A stretch of 64,000 bases of DNA, taken from the NCBI GenBank assembly GCA_043228905.1, contig JBHGNT010000009.1, positions 21,948,001-22,012,000 on the forward strand, read 5' to 3'. This stretch comes from Azolla caroliniana (Eukaryota > Plantae > Polypodiophyta). A program made the position numbers and the translations under genes. The notes under the pieces were generated by a model. It made no database searches. It saw only the letters and a program-made list of their open reading frames with translations, and was not told the DNA's origin. Each line of letters opens with the position of its first letter. The stretch's first letter is position 1. Shown piece by piece: positions 11,361 to 20,727 of this stretch.

Positions 11361-12376
11361 AGTCTAAAGGGTTTGATTCTATTGCTCGTAAGGCCAATGG
11401 CAGTGTGGATACTGTTGATGTTGCGGCATGTTTAAAGGGCCCCATCTTGAAAGTAGATGTAGCAACTGACACAAGTGATCTGGTCACACAAGTTGATCAA
11501 GCATGTAGCACGGATGACTTGGTGTTGCAGGTAGATGCAGCATGTAGCACGGATGACTTGGTGTTGCAGGTAGATGCAGCATGTGATACCAGTGGACTGA
11601 TATCGAGCAGAACAGTAGCTACATGCACTGAGGTAATCCAAGGATTGATAACTAAGTCGACAAAACAAGAGCACCAGAATGTGAAGCTAGGCCCAACACA
11701 GTCGACTAGGGGTTTAAAGAGGAAAAGGACACCAGTTGTGTCAGCCGAACCTGAGCTGATTGAGATTGATCGTATCCTACCAGAAAATGGTGTAACAGCG
11801 GCTCAGTTTCAGGAATGGAAACCTAAACCACTAGAAGTCGAGCGAAGAGCCTTGATCTTGGAGCTGGATAAAGTCTTGATGAGTGTGAGATATATGCAGC
11901 CAAGGAGGGACGCAAATCAGTTTCTAGAGTGGGTTGTGGAGTACTTCGATTTGTTTATTTGGAGTGAAAAACCCAAATCAGATGTGTGGAAGTGTTTGGC
12001 AAGATTCTTCCCAAAATGGCGAAGTCGTTTTAAAGGTCAATGGGCACGAGAAAATTGTGAGCAGATGGAAGCTGCAAGATTCAAGAGGCTTTCTGATTTT
12101 TGGGCTACTTGGCCTGAATATAATGCTGACAATACATTGATTTTGGATACAGAACATTTCCGACACTACTTCAATATTCGGAGATGCTGTCTCATTCTAC
12201 CCGAGGAAATGCCTGAACAGTACCTGGTGCAAACAGTGAGCTGCCAACTAGGTGCATGGTTGTGGACTCCATACCGAGCTCAATATGCGGATAATATATG
12301 TAGACTCGTTCCACTAACTAGCAAGAGCTTAGCTGTTTATAGGAGATTTGTAGACATTTCCAATGGTAATTTATAA
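11361..12376 (+). CDS. Exon/ORF with an FCP1/NIF (HAD-family CTD phosphatase-like) domain lacking the canonical DxDx(T/V) nucleophile, preceded by 13-aa repeats
   Basis: ALILELDKVL..PRRDANQFLEWVVEYFDLFIWS..WARENC..FKRLSDFW..YNADNTLILD follows the NIF-domain motif order. Acceptor ttgcAG at 11360 (phase 1). The open frame begins at 11285. Confidence 0.68.
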
Positions 12377-12509
12377 ATATGTAAAGAGATGACATTATTC
12401 AATGAAGAATTTAATTACTTGTTCCCACTGTACTTATCTACTGTGTATTTTGAGGAATATGTTGCAGATTGTTGATTTCATTCTATTGATGACTATTTAG
12501 CTATTGACT

Positions 12510-12610
12510 GCTAATTAGCTGCATTTGTACAGCTAATTAGCTGCATTTGTACAGCTAATTAGCTGCATTTGTACAGCTAATTAGCTGCATTTGTACAGCT
12601 AATTAGCTAC
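12510..12610. repeat. 22-bp tandem repeat AGCTAATTAGCTGCATTTGTAC, about 4.5 copies
   Basis: Read directly; shares the palindromic core. Confidence 0.92.
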
Positions 12611-13075
12611 TGATGACTATTTCGCTATAACTTATAACTTAAAACTTAACAAAAAAGACATGATTTTATTGAGAAAGAAGCACAGAAAGTAGACTGTATA
12701 CAAGAAATTGATTCCAAACGAATTTATTGATCTGTTTTCGCGAAATACATGTTTGTTTTACAAGAGAACATGGTAAGTGCTACTTGTAGCTACAAATTCC
12801 ATGGCATACTATTGTAAATACATTTGTACAGCTAATTAGCTGCATTTGTACAGCTAATTAGCTACTGATGACTATTTCGCTATAACTTATAACTTAAAAC
12901 TTAACAAAAAAGACATGATTTTATTGAGAAAGAAGCACAGAAAGCAGACTGTATACAAGAAATTGATTCCAAACGAATTTATTGATCTGTTTTCGCGAAA
13001 TACATGTTTGTTTTACAAGAGAACATGGTAAGTGCTACTTGTAGCTACAAATTCCATGGCATACTATTGTAAATA
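12566..13075. repeat. 255-bp tandem duplication covering the transposase stop codon and 3' UTR
   Basis: 12566-12820 matches 12821-13075 (one difference noticed), with CATT microhomology at the junction. Confidence 0.92.
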
Positions 13076-16000
13076 CATTCATACACATTAGCACCAACAG
13101 TGTATAAACCGGAGCAGCTATTGTATTCTGACATTGGGACGTTGATGCATCTGACCAAATGAGAGTACATATACGCCGCTGGTTTGTCTTCTAACAGCCT
13201 GTACACATATTCGTAGTCATCTAGTTTTGCATAAAAAATGCCTTCGATGTAGAATGTCCCGGCAGATACAAAATTTCCCCATGCATCTACAATATTCTGC
13301 CTTGCACACTGTTTACTAACCGTGCACTTTAATATATAGAAGTCAGCACCCTCTGAATTGCCTTCTTCAGCATTTACAGCGAAGTTATCCCCAACGTTCA
13401 GGACATCACTCAAAGTATCTCCAAGTCCCTCATATGTGAAGTCAGCATTCTGCCCTGTTTCTCCATCAACTGCTTCCTTATCATTCAGAGTGTGATACTC
13501 CCAATTCTGAATGTATGCTTTGTTTAGACAATATCTCCAATTTCCCTGCACACAATGGAAGCAAAAACAAGTCAATTCTCTAACCGCAATACAATGACCA
13601 TCCAACCTGGAATAACCGCGAACAGCATGCAGAGATCGCAATTCGGGAATTCCTTGGCACTCCCAGGTCTTCTCCCTATTTACTTCATCTATCTTCACTT
13701 CCCAAAATTCACGTTTGATATCTCGAACTTGCGAGGAATAAACACCTGTGGCACTCGTCGACATATTTGTTCTTAAAAATTCAACTACATGTGATGCACA
13801 ATTCATGTGCACACCATCTGTCTTTAGTTGTTCATGGGTAAGTGCCCGCTTTATAACAGCCCCTGCACCATCATGTTCACCTTTACCATGGCCAGACCCA
13901 AAAAAAATCCATCTCATCTCCAAACCTGTTATAGCAGGATAGCTCCCCACAAAATAAAATGGACATCGAGCCTTGAATTGTGACGCAGCTCCGTCAGACC
14001 AGACCCAATGTTGAGTAAGCTCCAAACGTTGAGCTAATAACCACTGCCAATGTAACTTAAAACAGTGTTGGACGAACAAGGTATCATGCTTCTTATCATC
14101 GGAAATAAAGAAATGAATTACTTTTTTAACATCACCTGAAACTCGAAAATATGTTATGTGCACAAAAATGGTTACCTGAACTGAACACCAATGCATAGAT
14201 TGAATTTCATTCTGCTGCTTGAAAGTATAATTCTCTGCGAAATCTACTACTGAGACTACTACATCATTTGGGAAATCAGATATGCAAGTCTTAAACTGAT
14301 GGGCCTGCCATGAATAAATGAAGTTGTGTTTAATGAACTTTCCTAGAGATACTACAAACAGAGACACCAAATCCCTTGGTTTAAGCATCTTCCGAACTAG
14401 ATCCTTTCTTTTACACACCTTTCCTTCGAAATTGGTGTTCACTGACTCAAATAACTTCACAGAGATCAATATTTCACTACTCAATTCATTTGGACACCAC
14501 CTAAATCTAGTAGGGCCACAATCTTGACATAAACCCATGACACATTTATGAATATGGAAGATAGCGTCAGATTCTCTCGGACACAATATTGAATCTAATA
14601 AATAACTCATGGAAGAGATAACGTGCTCAGATGATTTACACTCCTCTTGCGGGCTTGATCGACAGATTGGGCACCCACATGTGCAAACTGTATTAGTTAG
14701 GGATGCGCTATGGTGACGTAGTAGATTAACAGAGTCCTTCAGAAAACCCATCTGTACATGGTAAATGCAACAACATGTGTATCGATCCTTTAAGCGTCTC
14801 ACAAAGTGTGGCTTAAGAGACTCGAATGTTCGTAGTTGAACTTTGATAGTTGGATGCATTCGTTTGAACCTAATAAATAAATCGACCTGCGTAATAAAGG
14901 GGAATTAGTTATTCTCGTAACTAGCTAACTATCCTAGTAGCTAATTAGCTATTCTAGTAGCTAGTTAGCTATTCTAGTAGCTAGTTAGCTATTCTAGTAG
15001 CTAATTAGCTATCATGGTAGCTAATTAGTTGTCCTAGTAGCTAATTAGCTATCATGGTAGTTAATTAGCTGTCGTAGTAGCTAATTAGCTATCATGGTAG
15101 CTAATTAGCTATTCTAGTAGCTAATTAGCTATCATGGTAGCTAATTAGCTGTCGTAGTAGCTAATTAGCTATCATGGTAGCTAATTAGCTGTCCTAGTAG
15201 CTAATTGGTTGTCCTAGTAGCTAATTAGCTATCATGGTAGCTAATTAGCTGTCGTAGTAGCTAATTAGCTATCACGGTAGCTAATTAGCTATTCTAGTAG
15301 CTAATTAGCTATCATGGTAGCTAATTAGCTATTCTAGTAGCTAGTTAGGTATTCTAGTAGCTAATTAGCTATCATGGTAGCTAATTAGCTGTCGTAGTAG
15401 CTAATTAGCTATCACGGTAGCTAATTAGCTATTCTAGTAGCTAATTAGCTATCATGGTAGCTAATTAGCTATTCTAGTAGCTAATTAGGTATTCTAGTAG
15501 CTAATTAGCTATCATGGTAGCTAATTAGCTGTCGTAGTAGCTAATTAGCTATCATTGTAGCTAATTAGCTGTCCTAGTAGCTAATTAGTTGTCCTAGTAG
15601 CTAATTAGCTATCATGGTGGCTAATTAGCTTGTCTAGTAGCTAATTAGCTATCATGGTGGCTAATTAGCTTTCCTAGTAACTAATTAGCTATCATGGTAG
15701 CTAATTAGCTGGTCTAGTAGCTAATTAGCTATCGTGGTAGCTAATTAGCTGGTCTAGTAGCTAATTAGCTATAATGGTGGTTGATTAGCTTTCCTAGTAA
15801 CTAATTAGCTATCATGGTAGCTAATTAGCTGGTATAGTGGCTAATTAGCTATCATGGTAGCTAATTAGCTGGTATAGTAGCTAATTAGCTATCATGGTAG
15901 CTAATTAGCTATCACGGTGGCTAATTAGCTGTCCTAGTAACTAATTAGCGATCATGGTAGCTAATTAGCTGGTCTAGTAGCTAATTAGCTATAATGGTGG

Positions 16001-17152
16001 CTAATTAGCTATCCTAACTAATTAGCTATCATGGTAGTAACTATTGAGAGTAGCCAGTTACCTATGTAGTAGCTATCATAGTAGCTAATTAGCTATCATG
16101 GTAGCTAATTAGCTTTCCTAGTAGCTAATTAGCTGGTAATAACGAAATAGCTAACTAGCTACCATGATACCTAACTAGCTAGCAGTACAGCTAATTATCT
16201 GGTAGTACCTAAATTAGCTATTGAGAATAGCTAATTAGCTATCATGGTAGTAACTATTGAGAGTAGCTAGTTACCTATGTAGTAGCGATCCTAGTAGCTA
16301 ACTGAGGTAAATGTAACTGATAAGCTAATTAGCTTTTCTGCTAACTGAGCTAATTAACTTTCCGAGTAGAGTCAAAACAAATGTTGAGATAAATGTAAAT
16401 ACCTGAGGTACATCAAGAAGATGAATGGGATGCTCCTCGTATTGATTTCTTCCAACACGTTTCCTGCATAAATCCTTTTTATTGGGTGAAACCCTACTCT
16501 CATTAGTCCAAAACATTGTGATTACATCCTTGATTTCAAATGTTATGGGTGTCATTGGCTTACATCTTGTAGTTAGCTTTAGTAGACTAGTTCCTTCACC
16601 CGAGGAAATTATACGGTTCATTGTATTGTACACTGTTTTTCTACTAACACCAATTACCTTAGATAGCTCACTGATGTTTATATCGTCAACATCACTATTA
16701 AGTAACATCATTAGACTAGACCTTTTTAAGACAAGATCATCTTCTGACCTGCTCATGGATACGAAACTATTACGAAGATTATTTACTAAAATAGATGATA
16801 TGTTTGCATTAAGACCATCACAATCAACTAAGTCCTTTATCGATGGATCATTACATATTCCATAAAGTACTACCTTCTTTTCTTCATTGCTGATGTGCTT
16901 GGTTTGAACATTGAAATAGTCTACAACCTTTCTCTCTATGATGGTAGTCGCATTACTTACATTCTCAGCTAAACTATCCTTACCTTTACTGAGTGTGGCT
17001 TTCGTATCCTTCAACAATTGACGATGTTTCCTTTTTTTTTCTGCCCAATAGTTTCGTATGGCTTGTTGTGTCCTGATAACATCATCCCTATCCTTATGAT
17101 CATTGAGGGGTAATTCTAAACACCCTTCTTCCCCTTCCATTTGGCTAGACAT
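13045..17152 (-). CDS. Sola2-type DDD transposase, ~863 aa, predicted exons 17152-16403 and 14886-13045
   Basis: CAG|GT donor at 16402 and polypyrimidine-CAG acceptor at 14887 give in-frame VPQ|VDLFIRFKRMHPTIK. HTH-like ISELSKVIGVSRKTVY, Cys-rich region CCCIYH..C..C..C, catalytic blocks DFAENY..EIQSMHW, WSDGAASQFK, FFGSGHGKGEHDG. No internal stops. Confidence 0.9.
14919..16355. repeat. 20-bp-period satellite (TAGCTAATTAGCTA plus 6-nt linker, ~40-bp higher-order alternation) filling the transposase intron 14887-16402
   Basis: Strict 20-bp register from ~14940 to 16010. Linkers alternate between tcatgg-type and ttctag/tcctag/tcgtag-type, and the array degrades toward 16355. Confidence 0.97.
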
Positions 17153-17488
17153 GTTAAAACCCTAAATTTCCAGAAAAAAAAACAAGTATTAAAGATGGCT
17201 ATGGGCAACAACAATACACAAAAATATTCCACACAATACACAAGATTAGACACAACAATACACAAGATAATCAATAGACAGAAAAGTTATTGCAATCCAA
17301 GACCGAACAGTAGAGGATTTCACTCTGTTGGATCCAACAGTTGAGGAGGCGATCCAAGACCGACCAATGGCAACAACTGAGTGTAGAATGTTGCCGTTGG
17401 ATGAGTGAACTCCGTCAAATCGAAATGTGGAAGCAATCCGGGACTGGACAGTAGTGGCAACTGAGTATAGAATGATGGCAATGGAGGA

Positions 17489-18056
17489 GAGAACCCCGTC
17501 AGATTGAACAGTTACCGATGATGCTTGAAACGCACATAGAAGGCACTTGAGAATAGAGTGGCATAGAGAAGAGAACCCCGTCAGATTGAACAGTTACCAA
17601 TGATGCTTGAAACGCACAGTAGCGGCCCCTGAGTGAGAGTGGAAAAGAGAAGAGAACCCCGTCAGATTGAACAGTTACCAATGATGCTTGAAACGCACAG
17701 TAGCGGCCCCTGAGTGAGAGTGGAAAAGAGAAGAGAACCCCGTCAGATTGAATAGCTCTTTGATTATGCTTGGAACGCACAGTAGCAACCCCTGAGTGTA
17801 GAGTGGCAAAGAGAAGAGAACCCCGTCAGATTGAACAGCTCTTTGATGATGCTTGGAACGCACAGCAGCGGCCCCTGAGTGTAGAGTGGCACAGAGAAGA
17901 GAACCCCCTCAGATTGAACAGCTCTTTGATGATGCTTGGAATGCACAGTAGTGGCCCCTGAGTGTAGAGTGTCACAGAGAAGAGAACCCCGTCAGATTGA
18001 GCAGCTCTTTGATGATGCTTGGAACGCACAGTAGCGGCCCCTCAGTGTAGAGTGGC
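17489..18056. repeat. Seven 81-83-bp tandem repeats upstream of the transposase
   Basis: GAGAACCCC(G/C)TCAGATTG recurs at 17489, 17571, 17652, 17733, 17816, 17899 and 17982. Confidence 0.95.
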
Positions 18057-18384
18057 GGCAGGTGGACTCGATAGGGTTTAGCAACAGTGGTAGCAACTAA
18101 CCCACAGTACTCAACTAGAGATGGCCTACGTGATGTGGCAAAGGATCATGCATAATGGACCTAGGAATTCGATATATAATTTATGGTACACATTTATGGT
18201 GCACACATCAATTTATGTTGCACATTTATGGCACTCATTTACATATGTAATTAAAACACTCTAGTATTTTCAATGGTAGTTTTTTGCATACTTAATTTAT
18301 TAATGATGGCTTTTTACTAAAATGACTATTTATCAATGGTAGCTTTTTGCATAGCTAATTAGCTATGTCAAGGACATAGCTAAT

Positions 18385-18409
18385 TGTTTCCACTCGCATG
18401 CTTTCACCC
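18385..18409 (-). repeat. Right TIR
   Basis: TGTTTCCACTCGCATGCTTTCACCC followed by TSD TGAT, preceded by ATAGCTAATTAGCTAT at 18351-18366. Confidence 0.95.
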
Positions 18410-19190
18410 TGATACGTTTCTTTACATTCCCAAAATTACATGCTCCCTCTATCCGAGGTTTTCTACCCTTTATATACGCAGGGTCTATCTAGCCGTTCAC
18501 GCTTCTTGCGTGAACCGTTACATGCATTATAATCTTATATTATTTCTTATTCCTACGCTCTTGTCTATCGGTTACTATTCCGGTGGACAACACCTAGCAC
18601 GCATGTGGGACAGTGCCCTGGCACGTCGGACCCATCTCGTTAATCCTCTTCCAAAATGGCCCGGATGTTTGCCTCTGCTATGGTGTCCGCGTCCGGAGAC
18701 GACGTAGGGCCCGTAGGGGCATCGTGGTGTGGTCCCCTGTTTGGTTGGACTGGTTTCTCCCAGTGTCGTCGTCATCGTGTGTGGGTGGTTCGGGTATGGT
18801 GGGCTCTTCTTGAGCTAGTGGGTTGGGCTCTGCCGTCGTCGTGCTTGCAGTCAGCCGCGGCTCTGCCTCAATCGTTACTTCCTCCGTGGTGTCGGCCGTC
18901 TTTGTACGTTCCGGGGAGTGGGGCGGAGATTCCACCTGGCCCGCACCGTTCTCCATGTGGTCCGATGATAGCGTGGGTTCGTGTGGATGAACCTCCTCTT
19001 GGGCAGTGGTTTCGCTGTCTGGTACTGTGGGGGACTCCGCTCGTCGGTCCGTGCTGTTCACCATCGTTGTAATTTCTGGTGATCGGGCTTGAGGTTCCTC
19101 TTCTTCGGCCGTGCCCGGAATTGGCGTCGCACTGGATTCCTCGTTTGTTCACGTGTTGCCAACTTGTGTGATCTGGTGAAATAGCTCCTC

Positions 19191-20210
19191 CTAGCTTTCA
19201 CCAAAATCATCTAAGAGTTGCGCGAGTTCTTCGGAGTGTTGGTCCGCTAGTGCACGATAGTCTTGCGCTAGGTTCTCTCGTACGGCCGCAATGCTCTCCT
19301 CATTTAGTTTATAGAAACCTCGGCCGTCTTTTCGCCGGTTCTCCCAGTCCGCACGATACGCTTGCAATTCCGCTGCTTGGGTTGCCCACACCATTCATCC
19401 TTTGTCCAACGCCGTTTTCAATTGCGTTGTGAACCTCTCCCAATTTGTTTGGAGAAGGATACGCACGTTATCTGTGATGGCCTGACAACGGTTGCGTGCG
19501 TCCTCCATCGACTTCTGGAGGTTTGCAATTTCTTGTTGTTTAACCGCCGCCGCTTCTTCGTACGTGGCCTTCAGGCCCGCCCACAGCTGGGATTCCTTTG
19601 CATGTTGTTCTTCTAATTCCCCCATTTCATTGTTTAGGCGGATTTCGAGTTGATGCCTTCTTTCTTGTTCGACCACCAGCTGCTCGTCGAACCATACCTT
19701 CTTTTTCACTAATAAGGCCCGAAGTTCCGCGATTGCCACCTCCGATTTCTTCGCATCCTCCTGTAATTGGGCGTTTTCGTCTTTTGTCCGAATGTGCTGA
19801 GCTACCTCCATAGCGAGTTTCTCTTCAAGGGTTTTACTTCCTTCTGGCCGTTAGCCCGTATCTCCTTTTCTATGTCTGAGGATTGGTGTAGTTCAGCTCG
19901 AAGGCGGTCAATTTCTGATTCCGCTAGTTGCACGGCCCTTTTTGCTTTTGAGACGATGGCGGTCTGAGCCTCAATTTCTTCCTTTAAAGCGTTGATGGCC
20001 TAGTTTGGTGGTCGAGTTGCGTGTTGCACCGTAGTCGTGTTAGCTTCCAACTCTATGATGCGTTCGTTGGCTTTTTGCTGTTCGGGTTGGGTCAGTTTCA
20101 CCTTCTTCCAGACATTCTTATTTTTAATGGCCATCTCCTTGGCGCCCGTGCTGACCTTTGCTAGTTCCCTATGGACTTCAATTAGGGCCGTGTTTAATGG
20201 GGGTATCTCC
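19191..20210 (-). pseudogene. Degraded long coiled-coil ORF, probably an extra ORF of LTR element C
   Basis: Glu/Lys/Ala/Gln-rich heptad sequence across 20210-19191, broken by stops and a frameshift. Lies upstream of LTR C on the same strand. No recognisable enzymatic domain. Confidence 0.5.
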
Positions 20211-20727
20211 CGGTGAGAACCGGATGTGGCAGGCCCGGTGAGAACCTCTCATCGGATGGAAGGGACATATATGTAAATATGTTCCAGAAATCCTACTGGG
20301 GCTATATTTGTAAATAGCCCGAAAGTCATATTAGTATAAATATGACCTAGGGCAAACTTAATAGTTATGATGTAGAGTTGGTTGTGTTATTATCGTGGTG
20401 GCGATATAATTCAGACTGTAAGTGCGTACAGAGAAGAGAGAGAGAGAGGAAGAGGTTGTTGCCTCTGTTGTAACCGCCTGGTGGCGAAGTGAGGGAGCGA
20501 GAGGTCATTGCCTCTGTGCCCCATTGTTGTAATCTTGATATAGTGATATTTTGCAGTCTGAGGGCTGCCGTGGTTTTTCCCAGATTTGGGTTTTCCACGT
20601 TAATATCTAGTGCACTCTCTTCTTTATCGTTCTGTGTGTAGATAAATCTCACCACATCCCTGTTTTCTGTGCTTGATCCGACGTCTCAGTTGTGGTGGGC
20701 ATAGCTTAGGAAACCATATTCCTATCA
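20210..20727 (+). mobile_element. 5'-truncated Copia LTR related to LTR A (probably the 3' LTR of Copia B)
   Basis: Shares ttgtaaatagccc.aaagtcatat..tataaatatgac.tagggcaaac and gtggtttttccc..gggttttccacgttaat with 948-6162. Ends TATCA. Confidence 0.75.

Larger units (their letters stand above)
6535..18409. mobile_element. Sola2-type DNA transposon, 11,875 bp, carrying cargo genes
   Basis: 25-bp TIRs (24/25 match) starting GGG, 4-bp TSD TGAT (6531-6534 and 18410-18413), and a DDD transposase with Sola2-type motifs. Confidence 0.9.
6276..18592 (-). mobile_element. ~438-bp LTR (element C) split by the Sola2 transposon (pieces 6276-6534 and 18414-18592)
   Basis: TGTTG...CAACA termini. On the minus strand TATATAAAGGG near 18470 precedes an R/U5-like stretch. 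The two pieces become contiguous when the Sola2 and one TGAT are removed. Confidence 0.65.

Noticed and set aside
8908-16355. CRISPR-like appearance of palindromic repeats with variable linkers
   Set aside because: Linkers are short (mostly under 20 nt), drawn from a small recurring set rather than unique spacers; there are no cas genes and the context is eukaryotic and intronic.
17489-18056. Short ORFs and CRISPR-like periodicity in the 82-bp array
   Set aside because: Whole units are homologous, with no unique spacers, and unit lengths of 82-83 bp break the frame, so the ORFs are artefacts.
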